Below, in pieces: positions 50,656 through 63,831 of a DNA stretch of 64,000 nt; the first letter of the stretch is position 1, and the number at the start of each line of letters is the position of its first letter. The notes below the pieces were generated by a model, which worked only from the letters and a program-made list of their open reading frames with translations, was not told where the DNA came from and did no database searches. Source of the DNA: Heterodontus francisci (taxonomy: Eukaryota); assembly GCF_036365525.1 (NCBI RefSeq), contig NC_090412.1:19505923-19569922 (forward strand), given 5' to 3'. The translations under genes were made by a program, and so were the position numbers.

Positions 50656-52565
50656 TCACCATGCCGCTAGGACTGTAAAACAGATTACCTGCAACTCCAT
50701 TTACAGTACGTTGGTGCCTGGGCTTCCATAGACTGAAGAAGTCCATTTCCCATCTCTGGATTGACTGTGTTCCAGCTCTGCTGCCCTCACACGCTGTTAT
50801 TCCCAAAAGCCCAGCTGATCTTTGCTTCAGTCCCTTTGGCCCCAGGTAATCCAATTATCTTTAGGGGGGCAAAAATTAAACACAGTGCAGAGGCTACTAT
50901 CTACTCCTTAAGCTGCCAGTAACTCCACGGGAGCTCCACTAATGAATAGAATTACAGCTCAATTCATGAAAAATGTTGAGGGAAGCCCGATTTTCAAGCA
51001 TATTACCACCGATAGTTGTTCTTGTGCCCTTTATTGCTACGTGGCATCATTGAAGGTAATGTTCTGCAGCCGATGTTTACGTTCCTCTCCCCTTCCACTG
51101 TACCCGCATAGCTGTGTATTTCAATATTGAACTGAAGCACCACAATTTCTGTTCCGGTGCTTTTTGGCCAGCAGGAAAACAAAAAGGATGACTTTGCAAT
51201 TGGAGCTGATAAATCTCTCAATAATCATCGCTTGGATTTCTGTTCAAATTGTTATCCAACCCCAGCATATCCTGTTACCACTTTAATGGTTAATCATAAG
51301 GGAACTCCTAAAACCTGGAAATAATTTCAACATTCTCGGAAAATATATTCCTTTTTAATATTCGCTACCCCACTAGTAGCATAACTGGTTCAAAATCATT
51401 GACAAAAGAGTTAATATTCACACTGTACTAGGGCAAATGTTAATTTAATATGGGGTTCCTCCCAACTGAGATCCACAGAATGTAAAGCAACAGCTAATAT
51501 AAGCGAGCACTATCAGACTTAGACTTTGTATATCAATAATTGAAGTCGCCTGATATGCAAACACCTGCAACATTAATCCTGAATGAACACCAACTTAGTT
51601 GGTGAAAGGAAGGGGCCTCCAGAGCACGCGCCTCCTCATCTATCAATCACTCAATAAGTAGTCCTCTGTGCCCTCTTCCCTTTAGCTTGGTCTGGATGAT
51701 TGACAGAAATAGTATTGCATTTAATGAATGTAGGGGTACGTTTTTTCTGGACATTACCATTTTTGCTTTGGACAGCACAATAGCTCATCCTTCGCTATAC
51801 ATTGAATAGCCTAGCCACCCCAAATCTTTCCACAGCCCTATCACAGTGGCATAGAATGCTACATGAATTAGACCAATTTTCAAGAGTGATCAGTCATGTG
51901 TTTATATGGCAATTTAAAAGCAATCATGAGGCTCTGTTCAAACAGATGATCAGCAACACACCAATAATTTAGAAAGCTGCTGTGGAAATGTGACTTTGTA
52001 TCGTCTCCATATTATGCTTGCATAATGTCCAACTGGAATTCATTAAAGGAACTAGAATTCAAGAATGAAGACATATTGTAACAAGCAAATTGCAGATATA
52101 TACACTGAATTTTCAAAATTAATTATCCAAATGAAAAGAAATTGAAATTGGAGATCGCTTTATCAGTTGCAGATACTATGGTCGTTGCACTAATTTAACA
52201 GTGTTTCAAAATAGGAGTATATTACTGTACATTGCTATGTTTAAGTGTTTGTTCAATGCGAACTTTGTACTGAAGTGCATTTAATTTATAGGCAAATCAA
52301 ACTGGTTGTTCTGAAAATGCAAATTTGATTACATTGACTATTCTTTTACCCCGGTTTCTATTGCCGGTTCTGGGTAGATTGGATGTTTTGCGCGGTTACT
52401 TTTGTTACTTAGGCTGCCATTGGCTCGCTGGCCAGCTTTAAAACTGTTCTAGGCCAGTAAGATTAGTTCACTCTCATCTGTTTCTTAAGGAGTGCCGTTC
52501 CAGTTTGTAATCAGACCTCTAGCAAATTACTTCAAAGTTCATTTCTTTCAATTTTAATCCAGATC

Positions 52566-53752
52566 TCAGTTGTGAGATGTCATGTGTCGCGACAGATGAT
52601 GGCGCTCTCTAAAGAATTCATTACAGATTGGACATGTCAATTTTTCCTCTCTCCTTCTCTGGCTCAGATAGTCAGTTGCGTATTCCTTTTTGTGATGAGA
52701 CCTCATGTGAAACACCAGGTCTGAAGTCATTCGAAAGGACGCGTTGCATTTGGCGCACCAGTTCTGAGCTGACACCCCAAAAGACGTATAGGACGGTGGG
52801 AGCAGCGTTAGTGAAGATGTGGATTGTAGCTGTACTCCAACGGGCTTTGGCCACATGTCAGTGCTATATAAAAATGGGCTGTTGGTTGTGACACTTGTAT
52901 GTAATATATGAGAATTGCCAAGATCAGTGCTGATGTATTTGGACCCCATGAGATTAGTGTGGCCCAGGAGATAACTTGAAGCTATAGAATCAGGTAAATC
53001 CCTCGCGCATTCAGCAGAAGCATGGAGTGCATGGGCGAGAAGCATAGAAGGCCCTTCTACTGTTCGTCTGTTTGGTTGACAGAATGCACTTTTCTGTTCA
53101 TCTCTGGCACTTGAAGGCAACACTGAAGAGAAGGCGCTCCCAGTGGAACTGAGAACCACGTTTGTTCTTAAACCGACCTTCCTGGTAAGGTCAGGGGTAC
53201 TTTCTTTAACATTCCCCTCCGTTTTATCAACTTTGCCCTTTTCTCGCAGTCGCCGGACCTCGGTAAATGCACTTGTGTTATGTTGTGATGAATCCTTCTT
53301 CAATAAATACTTATCAGAATGAAGTTTCCAAACGGAAACAGCAAGCGCCGGGCACACACTTGTGTCTTCTTTAGAAACGCCGCCCTGGTCGCAGACTAAA
53401 TTATTTGTTTTTTCTAATAAAACCGTTTTCCTGATTTTGTTTTCCTCCGAGCCATCTTGCTTCCTCTTACTGGTATTCTTTTCCATCAGAGATCGCCCCT
53501 CGTCCTGCACGGCAGACTTTTTCTTCGAGTGCTCCAGATCGTGGGCAATCCTGTGAAAGTTGGTAACTCTGTCCTTATCTTTGATCTCTGTGCTCTTGTT
53601 TGGCTCTTTAAACAGACCATTGTGACTAAATCCAAGCGCTTGGAAGTCTCTCCACGCGACATAATCTTTCCTCTTGCCGCACAGGAATCGAACATGGGCC
53701 AAATATGGATTCTCATATTTCAATTCCTGATCGCAGTCCACGCACCTGAAGG
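52566..53752 (-). CDS. ZNF488: ZNF488/PRDM8-like coding exon 3: one N-proximal zinc finger, linker, two C-terminal C2H2 fingers
   Basis: tgtgttag|CC in phase 1; CVDC...AHVRFLC; QNWCAKCNASFRMTSDLVFHMRSHH and CPICNEFFRERHHLSRHMTSHN then stop; joined CDS 1635 nt (544 aa). Confidence 0.88.
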
Positions 53753-53844
53753 CTAACACAAACAATAAAGTGTAGTTAACAACTGACCACTTACATGCAT
53801 GCCACTGTATTCATATTTACTTAACAAAGTAGAACAGAAAAATA

Positions 53845-54200
53845 AAGTCTTGTGCCTGTCATGACGCTTTACAGCCAATGAAGTACTTCTGAAATGTAAT
53901 CACTATTGTAAGAAACTCAACAGCCAATTGCACAGAGCTGCAAACAGCGATGAGAAGGTGACCAGATAATGTGTTTTTATGATGGTTAATGGATTAATAT
54001 TGCCCAGGACACTAGGAAAAACTCCTCCACTCTTCTTCAAAATTAGTGCCATGGGATCTTTAACGGGGGCCTTGAGATTAATATCTCATCCAAAAGAGGA
54101 ACCTCCTACAATGCAGCACTTCCTCAGTACTCCACTAGGAGTGGAGTCTCTAGTCTCTCTGGAGTGAGACATCCATCCACGGACCTTCTGACTCGGGATG
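53845..54200 (-). mobile_element. Deu-domain SINE in ZNF488 intron
   Basis: TTTACAGCCAATGAAGTACTT, AGTGCCATGGGATCTT and GCAGCACTTCCTCAGTACT motifs. Confidence 0.65.
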
Positions 54201-54314
54201 AGATCAGCAAATTCGCCGGCTCCAGATGCAGCACAAAAAAAAAGGGATGCTTTGATCCATCAGCTATTCACTAAGCAGGCCCTATTATCAAAACAGAGGC
54301 CGTCACAAAAGGTT

Positions 54315-54620
54315 GCACTTAGAATCATGGAACGGTTACAGCACAGAAGGAGGCTATTCGGCCCGTCGTGTCCATACCGCCTCTCTGCTAGAGCAACTCA
54401 GCTAGTCCCACTCCCCAGACTTTTCAGTAGCCCTGCAAATTTCTCTTCAGATAATTATCCAATTCCCTTTTAAAAGCCTCGATTGAATCTGCCTCCACCA
54501 CAATCTCGGGTAGTGCATTCCAGATCCTAGGCACTGGCTGAGTATTTTTTTTCTCATGTCGCCCTTGGTCCTTTCGCCAACCACTTTACATGTGTGTCCT
54601 CTGTTCTCGGCCCTTCCGCT
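54315..54620 (-). mobile_element. CR1 3' end in ZNF488 intron
   Basis: TAGAATCATGGAACGGTTACAGCACAGAAGGAGGC..TTCGGCCC. Confidence 0.7.
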
Positions 54621-55892
54621 TGTATGTAGCTGGTTTACCCATTTAACTTTAGCTTGTCTAATTCAAAATACAGTTAAAATAACAACGCTGGGCACTTCTA
54701 ATTAACAAATATAAGTACTTTTTAACCTTAAACTTAAAGGTCAATGCAGTTCATGCATACCACTGCACACAGGCACGCATTGACAATAGTGTTATGGGTC
54801 CTGACAAATAGACCATTAATAATATGCCGTTTTGCATAGATGTACAGCTACTCAGTATCGCCTTTTGCTTTGCGATTTGGAAAACATATTATAGAGCAAT
54901 AAAATTTAACAGAATAAAAAATCAGCGTGGTCTGGGATAAACATATTTCCTGCTAGACATCTTAGTGAGCAGCAATGTTAAAGGCTATATGCTATTTTAC
55001 AAATGAAAGTTAGTATTAACAAAAGATACTAACTGAAGCTAAAAGGAAATTGGCTTCATGAGACTTTGAAATAAAAAGTTGTACATATTGTACACGGTTA
55101 ATATTACATTGTTGTTTCTTTCATGTATTTTGAGATTTTGAAAAATATGTTTTTAAGAGCGACTTGCAGCGATTGGATTCTGGGAGGCTGATCTACTCGG
55201 GCTGGTCAAACAAAACTGATATGGGTGAAAGCACCCTTGAGGATGGCAGTGCTGAAGATTGCGATATATTGGACTTATTTAAGCCAGTGACATCAACCAA
55301 TTTCCTGACGCTGTCTTTCAACCCCAAACGTCAGAAGAGCACCTAATGCTGTTAAGTGTGGTATATTCATTCCCCCCGTGGGCTTTCATTGGCCAATCAA
55401 TGCCAAATAATGCCAAATTCGGCGATTTTTAATTTTGCAGCAAGGTCTCCTGTCCATTGAGATCTGACCTGCGATTGTCAGAATGCATTTTTTTTTATTA
55501 TGTTTCAATACCAGCTTAGTATGCGTTTGTGTGTCTTGGCTTCGTAATCTCATTTCTCAGTGTTATTATAAACACATTTATTTATCTCTATTATACTGAC
55601 TCTTTCAAAAGCAACGCTTGTCACACATTGTGCAAATTTAGGTTTTTTTTAAATATGGTTAATATATCATTCTTTAAGGAGATATCTATTCATTGGCCTA
55701 TGTTTGGGCGTCAACCGTGGGTTGTTCTTACCTAGTCTGTTTTAAGTAAACCCACCAGCCATGCTTATTTAATGATTAAATGTTTGCAGAACTCAAAACA
55801 AATTTAAAGTACACCTTGAGTTGAGGGGTATATTGTGTTATTCTTTGTTCAGTTTCGCTTTTGCTGGTCTAGAATTTTGCCTGGTTACTCAC

Positions 55893-56124
55893 TATTTGAG
55901 CCAGCTCGAGTTTTGATATCAGTGAAGCCGAGCAGTCTCGACAGTTCCTTGTCGTACCACACGAAAAGCTCCTCGTCTTTGTTGATCCTCCGCGTGGAGC
56001 GGTAGTACAGTTGTCCACTCTTCAGATAAGCCTCTAAATTTTGCTCCTTCGGGTTGTTTGCCGCCTGCACGAGTCTCAACCAGGACAGCCCATCCGTAGA
56101 ACTGTTAATCGCAGTTGCATCCAC
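55893..56124 (-). CDS. ZNF488: ZNF488/PRDM8-like coding exon 2 (second half of PR domain)
   Basis: atttag|GTG; VDATAINSSTDGLSWLRLVQAANNPKEQNLEAYLKSGQLYYRSTRRINKDEELFVWY; phase-1 donor A|GTGAGT. Confidence 0.87.
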
Positions 56125-56483
56125 CTAAATGGAAGAAAACTTGGAATGAAGCGCTTAAATAACTTCTTTGCATTCATGAATATTTTATGGAGTTTTTTTT
56201 TAAAGAATCCTTTACCATTCGCCAGCATTGATAAAGTCATAATTTTAATACAAATAATTTTAATAGCGATGGACTATTTAATAGGAATTGCCCAGCATGT
56301 TTCTTACAAAAAACGTTCTGTCGGTTTTGTTCTTAACGACATCAAAAAAAAATCAACTTTAGAGAAGCTGTGAATTCATCTCGGCAATGTCTGATGTGAT
56401 ATTTTCCCAAAATGTCACTGACACGTAATTCCCAATGTGAAACTTCTAAAACCAGGGACTTCGTGTGTTATAAGGTCCCTTAC

Positions 56484-56699
56484 CCTGAATACGTAGGGGA
56501 CACTTCTGCGGTCTGAAGACTTCAAAGCAATGAAAGCTATTGTGTCATAAAATGTGTTCTGGAGGATGCAGGGACCAAAGATCGCGTCTTCAGGGATCTC
56601 CCGGGTAATGTGCACACTGGTTAATATGTCAGCGAAGTGATGATGTAGAAATTTGTTGTCACCTGCCCAAAGTCCCTTAGAGAAAGGGGTAAGTTCCAT
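56484..56699 (-). CDS. ZNF488: PR/SET zinc-finger protein (ZNF488 position, PRDM8 paralog) coding exon 1
   Basis: MELTPFSKGLWAGD...IPEDAIFGPCILQNTFYDTIAFIALKSSDRRSVPYVFR resembles the PRDM8 PR-domain start; phase-0 donor AGG|GTAAGG; acceptor tgtcgcag 7 nt upstream of the ATG. Confidence 0.85.
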
Positions 56700-59600
56700 A
56701 ATGCACCTGCGACAGACAAGATAACAGTTTAATTCCTCTGGCTTGATGGTGCGAGTGCACCAGAGCAGCACGCTATCCGGTCCTCAAGTCGCGTAAGATG
56801 TCGGTGGAAGGATCACCGTGCATGAATAGAGACAACTCCACCTTGTTCTGAATTAGACAATTTTACCACGACCAATACCCAGAACATTTCACCTGTCACC
56901 GTTTTTTTTTGGCGGCGTGACTGATTATTTTGAAACCGATCGGCACGGAACCCTTGCCATACAAAAGTGCAGCATTTTATTTGGTAACTGAGATGCAAGT
57001 TTTCATGGGCACTCGAGCTGTGAGAGATGGAATCTGAGCTTCCCTAAAACTATTGAAAAGTGCGTTTATACAAATAACGCACAGTTTCTGTCCCTCCCTC
57101 TCATACTTTATTCTACTTCATAACCTGCAGTCAACATTACCCCAGAAAGTTAAACAAAGGTGGATTGTCGGGGCTAAACAGTATTAGGAAACAAAGTTAC
57201 GTTCAAGTTGCAGACATACATAACATATGCATAAAATATCACAAATTTTTCATGCAACTTTTTAATTTATTTAGGACGCAGGAGAAACATAAAATCAATA
57301 CATGTACACCCATAATGGAGTTAAACATTGTAAATGGTATGAATATTTGATACATCTCGTTAACTAGAGACTATTTAAACGCGATTTAATTTCAGGCATT
57401 AAAATGAATCGTAACGTGGCTTAGCAATTTGAGATGACATTGGCTATTTTAATGAAATATTTGGGTATCATAAATATTAATTACAATAAAAAAATACATT
57501 GATTCTATAACTGTTTGAAGATTACGCCTCTTGCAAATGAGTAAAATGGTTTTTCGTGACATTTGTTGAATGAGTGGTACTTTGATCTCCCGAAGAGAGT
57601 ACTTAGGAAATGGGCCAACCGCGCTGTGCTGGTGTAACAAAGTTATCAACCGTTTTCATTCGTATTACTGTAATTGTAGTCTATATGATTTTATCTAATC
57701 TTCCTTGAAATTGATGTTATTATGCTCATCTGGCGAAGCGATGCTGATCATTTCTGACAATTCTGACTCGGCCCCTCATTATCTGAAGCGCTTTCTAAAT
57801 ATTTTATCATGCGCTTTGCAGAAAGCACATACCCAAATTAATTGATGCAGAAACTAATGATCCGAGAGCCCGTGTTGGATGAATATGTCCACGGTATTCA
57901 ACGGTAACAAGGGTGATGACATAGCTCGGTAAGGATTTTTTTTAAAAATAAAACACAAAGACTATTTTAACCGTTGCCGATAATTCTGTTGATCAGCTTT
58001 GACATTTTTTTTTTCACGTTTTGACCTCATGGCCTGATGTTTGGTTAGAAGCCGCCTGATTGTGGCGTTAATGTTTTTTTTTTCATATCTAGGTCTGACT
58101 CCCCCACAGCGCATAGCCGCTTCCCACCTCTGCTCCCTGCGCTCTGTGAAATAACTTCTCCGGCTCTCACTCTGAGTCCAGTGACACTTGGAAGCATGGT
58201 ACCGTATTTTTACAGTTCATTCAGTCCCCTCCTTTCCTTCTAGCTAATCCGAATCTGTCTTTTATTTCACAATACCAAGTGACATGCATGCAAAATCAAT
58301 TTGACATGAAGACGCCAAGATCAACATAATTATCGTCAGTTATAGGACAGAGAATTCTTCAGACTGTTGGAAGCAATCGAACGCTAAATATTTTCCACTG
58401 AATAGCCACTGTTTGAACAGACAACTGTAGAAAAGCAGAACTTGCTGCTAAGTTGCAGTGTTATCACGTTGCTTTAAACATTTAAGCTACATCGTGGTCG
58501 GCATTCAGTCAGCTGATGGCAATTGGCAAAGCGACTTGTCTAAACGCTCACAAAAGTAGCTGCGATGTGGATGAATGCGTCACTCTCTCTTTCATTGTGT
58601 ATGAGAGCAAAGTCAAGGGACTGTTCATTTGATGCATATCAGTTCACTGAGGCTGATCCCCCATTGTCTGTCCATCTGTCTGCCTGTCAGTTCCGGCCTT
58701 TATTTCCGACCATCACTGTTAATATCATGTTTAAAAGCACCATTTTTTATGTGTTATCAACGACCGCCATTAGTTACTATTCGGGTTGTTTTAAGTCATT
58801 AAAAAAATTGGAAAAAAAATCCAGACGTAACAGTTGCTGTGTTATGAAATTATATTCAAGCTACATGCAGTCCTTAACCGCGGCTGAATACTTGAGACCT
58901 AATTATATCGTACACTACCTCATTATATCAAAGAATGTCATCTTATCATATCAATCCTTGGTTTTTAAATATATTTGATTAAATAAGCAAGCTCGTGGCT
59001 GAAGGGTTACTGATATCGCGATCCTTCAAAAATATATTTCTCCATTATCATTAAAATAATTTGGGACGCTATCAGAATCTAGCTCATATATTTAAAACGT
59101 GAATGATGATCAGGACAAGAAAAAAGAAATCTGTGCCCACCCCCCTCATCATATGAAATGTGCGCATGTAGACACAGTCACAAATCGAGCTTTCATTTAC
59201 CAATGTCAGTCGATGGCCTCTTGGAATCGATTTCTTCACTTTCCCCTTCAGGTATAAGCGTCTCTAAGCACTGCGATTTCTATCGATCCTGAAACTGAGA
59301 GTGACGCTGGCGAGCGCTGGGTGGAAATGGCAGTTTGTCCCGCCGTAAAAGACACTTTCCTTTGGAAGATCATTTGCTCAGTGAAGCGTGACAAGCAATC
59401 CCAGGGCTCTTCCGCTTGCATGCCCCCTCAATTGGCACTTTCATTGGTGGGTTATATGGAGCAATCCTAATAATGAACGCATGGGAACGGACAATTGCAG
59501 TTCATTTAAAGCAACATTTAATAGCTTTCTACACAGTATTTTCCATACATAATATCAGAATGGATTAAATGCCTGAAACAAAAAAGTTTTCATTTTAAAG

Positions 59601-62600
59601 TCCAAATATGGTAATATCCATTTTGGTCGTGTAATGTGCCACATCTAAAATCAAAAATAAAATATTATGTATTTGACAAATGCGTGCTTTAAATTGAATG
59701 CAGTGAAGTTTATTAAGAAAGCCCCTTCGTGGCTTATCGGTCAGGGTTAACGATTTATTAATATTTTTGACACATCTGAAGAGAGAAAATGAGACAAATA
59801 AATATAGGACGCGGTACCTGAAGCCGTACAGTTAGGGTTTGCTGTATAAAAACTATTACAAGGTGAAATTAGAAATCGGTTTTAAATAATATAGACACGT
59901 ACCTGCTCACGCATATCCGCATTCTACAGACTTTTTCGCTCAACAGAATAAATTGATTTCTAAAAGTAAAGATTTGTTCTTATGCTTTCCTACTGGACGG
60001 ATCTATTCATCTTAAGTCTATCAACCATTTAAGAATCGGCGCCGCGGATCTTTAAAACTTACTAAAAACTGAAGTTACACACGCACCGTCACGCTGAAAC
60101 AAATAGTCAGTTGAAAGCATTAGAATTCACGGTCTTTGGTGTAATTAAGTGCTTATATTTGGCGAAGTTTAACTCAATTCCACACTGTACATTATAAAGA
60201 AATGAGCAATTTTGGAGTCTGCTGTACAGATTAAACAAGACCGTGACAAATGATGGGTTGATTCTTAAACGTTAACATAATTGTTACTGCCTTGCTTATT
60301 AATATATACAGAACGGGGATGATGCATTATTTATAAAGAATAGCACGCGGTAGAAAACCCTCATTTAATTCACTTAACTCAAAGTCAAGGCGCATCGCCG
60401 ATGCCTTTTCGATTTGGGAGATTAGAGAAGTTTGTCGAACAAGATACAGCGTTATCCAGTGGGTTAATTACATTCGAAAAGTGAGGGGAAATGTTTGATT
60501 TCTATATCTTATTTTACAAAGAAATAGCAATATTTTCATGAAGTAAATTCAATATAATTGCCACGATTATCATACAAACAGGCTTCAGTGGGTGGACTTT
60601 TCTGTTTTCTGAACTTAAAATGAGGTTATATCTGCAACCATTTTGTATTGGGCTATGACAACGTTATCAAGCAAGAAATGTTTTTATACAATCCTTGACA
60701 GAAACGACACCGGACTTTGAAAAGCTGCCAAATTAATTAAAGCAACCACAATTTTCTGTCAAGTACAAAGCATGCCATTCCACACCGCGAACTGGCGACT
60801 TAGTCCTTTAGAAGTGATTTACAAAATCCTATGAAATATGTTTTCAACTCACCTGGAAACAAAACGTGATCGTGTGCTTTTTATCAAAGAATAAACGAAT
60901 CTCTGAGGGTAACTTATAACATTCGTTGAAAGCTTAAAGGCATCTAATCAGACGAGTTTAATGCAGATGGTAATTAAATAAAAATGCATTCCAAAATATT
61001 TCTTTCCGAGAAATAGTTGTTCATCGTTGCAAGCGAAACTTAACCTATTCAATTTAGTTGGTAAGCACTCAAAATAACTTGCCAACGACAGACAGCTCTT
61101 GGCCGATTGTCTAACTCAAAGTCGTCGATGATACGCTTACGTAAAAACCTTGTATAATGGTCAAATACCTTGTCACAATCAAATAATGCTTAAAATTCAA
61201 ATAGCAACATCACTTTTGAAAGATGTCGTTCCAAATAAAGGCGTGTCAACGCCTGACAGAAAATTCCTCTGAACATCTTGACATCTGAAATAGCCAACCC
61301 TTTTTTGATTAATGTCTCTAGTTTTAGTGGCTGTTCAGCAATGAACGAAGAATTACTTCATCGGTGCAAGATTGCCTGCTAATTTTACCAGAATCAAATG
61401 TTTATGAATTGCGTTTTGCATTTTAATAGAACAATGCGGAGATAAATTCAATGCATCAATGTAGCTGAAATTTAACATGTGGCAACAGCAAAGTAAATTA
61501 AATTCCCTGTAGAAACCAAATTTCATTTCACTGATTATATGATTAGAATCTTGAACATCATTCGTTAAATAGCAGCTTTGCTTACAAAATGCATCAAATT
61601 TAAGTTCAGCCTTTCAATCCACGATACAACTTTCAATTTCATGTTTGGCCGTGTAGTTTTACGTATGAATTTTACACTGGCTTTGCTCTTCGACAAAGGT
61701 CACCAGTGCCAATTTATTTTTCTCTGAGCTCGTTACGATCATGAGTAGTTGCAGATTATTTTTACATTCCAATACTTAAGAATGTAACTACAAAAAGTAT
61801 ATGTTGCATTCGAAACTAACACTACAGTCAGTCTCCATACTGAGAAAGGGAAAATAAATGTAGTTCTATGAAACACTAGAGAAAATAAATTCCGATCAAA
61901 GCGTTCTCAATCAAAATTAAAACAAAGCAAGTACACTTTTAAACAATCCGCAGCCTTTGAGGCACCCGTTATGCAGAATAATTTTCACATTTAATTGCCA
62001 TTTGAAGTGCTGACATTTGATTCAAGGTAACATTTTTTAAAAAATGCATGCGTGATGCGAATCAAGGCAACAGATTGAATGCATATAATAAACTGCTGAG
62101 ATAATCTGTGTTGAAATAAAGACATTTTGTAAAGTTGCATCTGCTCTTTGATACAACCTAATGCAAATCTGCTGTTCTGTTTCAAAGTTGGCGTCAAACA
62201 GTAGCAAATAGTTCAAAAGTGTCACTTTATTTATGAGCTTCTGTAGCCTTAAAGTATTTGTAGCCGTTGATCTAATGCCCTTTAAAGGGGGTTTCTTAAG
62301 ATGCCCTGGGAAGTCTGATATTAATATTCTGAAAGTCAAACTTGAGGTCAAATGTAAATCGTGGTGGAGCATTAGGATTCACAGCCAGCGGAAAGCATTT
62401 TTTTTTTACATTTGAATGTGCCTATATAGTCCAGATAAATTTTTATTGGGCTTAAATGAATAGAATAATGTTGCCTCATAATAATATTCTATATCATTTA
62501 TACTTTATCTCTCAAGCGCCCTCTTACTAACCAGCGCGTATTGCATGATATTTTTGGAAGTCCTTGGCATCCTGCATTCAGGCAAACTTACTGTCTCACC

Positions 62601-62919
62601 ACTAACCTCGAAACCCTAAACCTTCTGCCACCCGTTTAACTGAAGGTGCAAATTAAACACTTACATTTTTTGTGAAACTTTAAGAAAAGCTTATCAAGTT
62701 AGCTGTTAAAACTAATGTACGTTTCTCATGCAACAATTTCAATCGCCCCCATTCATCCAAACAACATAAAGTGATGTATGACAATTGTGCCTAATGATTA
62801 ATTCAAGGGTAAGAAGTAATTGGGTGTTGCAAAGCCGAAAGGATTACATGTCTTAACTGTGGCAGGAGACTCAAGTCGGCGAGAGGTCTGGCAATTGAAG
62901 GCACTTTATGGATGGGTCT

Positions 62920-63310
62920 CTAGAAACATGGAAGGAAGCCATTCGGCCCATCGTGTCTGTACCTGCTCTTTGAAAGAGCCATCTAATTAGTCCCAAACCC
63001 CTACCCTTTCCCCTTGGCCCTGTAAAACTTTCCTCTCCAAGTCCCTTCGGAAAGTTACCATCGAATTTGCTCCCAACACTATTTTAGGCAGTGGATTCCA
63101 GACCAGGGCGATGTTACATATTGTAGCAGCTTCTGGAGAAGTATTGCTCATTTGCCATCCACCAAGTGAGCTATCCAATGAGTCCCACATCCCTGCCCTT
63201 TCCCCCATCGCCCTGTAAAACATTCTCTCCAAGTAATTTATCCAATTCCTCTTATGAAGGTTATTGGGGAATTTGCTTCCAGCACCCTTTCAGGCAGTGC
63301 ATTCCAGCTC
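62920..63310 (-). mobile_element. Tandemly duplicated CR1 3' fragments upstream of the ANTXR-family gene
   Basis: GCCATTCGGCCCATCG tail; two copies of AGTCCCA..CCCTTTCCCC..GCCCTGTAAAA..GGCAGTG.ATTCCAG. Confidence 0.65.
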
Positions 63311-63419
63311 ACTGTTTTATAATATGCTAGCAGCTTCTGGAGAAGTATTGCGCTGAATAGTACTTGTCAACCACCTCCCCCCCCCCCCCCCCCCCTCTTT
63401 TTTTTTTCTCTGGTGAAAT

Positions 63420-63800
63420 TTGCTTACTAGTGCTGGAAATTGGATGCGAGGAAATTGCAAGGGCTGGTTAAGCTGCAGTCCCAGCCTCCGCACTGATTGT
63501 GTGCTGAGGGGGGTCAGGAAGCGTCAGTCTGCAGTGGCGAGGGCATGCTGGCGAGCTGCTCAGCCACGCCAAGCTGGGGCAACTCATCGGCCAGCTTTCT
63601 GCGGAGAAGCCACAGCGCGGCGGGAAAAGCTACCCGCCGTTTGAGCTCGGGTGCCGGCGACCCGGTGACCGTCCGTGCCCTGAAAATGGCGAGCTTCGCG
63701 GGCGGCGTTTGCAGAGCCTTGCTGCTGCTCAGCGTCTTCGGCTCATTTACTTTCGGCCAAGTCGGAGAGGACAAAGACCATGACAAGACATCCTGTCACG
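63420..63800. promoter_or_regulatory. CpG-rich promoter/first-exon region of the ANTXR-family gene
   Basis: Visibly GC- and CpG-dense against the AT-rich flank. Confidence 0.55.
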
Positions 63801-63831
63801 GAGCTTTCGACCTGTACTTTATTTTGGATAA
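63686..63831 (+). CDS. Anthrax toxin receptor family gene (probably ANTXRL lineage), first coding exon; gene continues beyond the window
   Basis: Signal peptide MASFAGGVCRALLLLSVFGSFTFG, then SCHGAFDLYFILDK (start of the vWA domain); phase-2 donor AA|GTAAGT; GC/CpG-rich surroundings; paralog not resolvable from one exon. Confidence 0.85.

Noticed and set aside
55164-55346. Additional exon inside the ZNF488 intron
   Set aside because: Exons 2 and 3 already join in phase with PRDM8-like spacing, and no homology was recognised
52566-56699. Calling the gene PRDM8
   Set aside because: The position next to RBP3 is that of ZNF488; PRDM8 is known beside FGF5/BMP3
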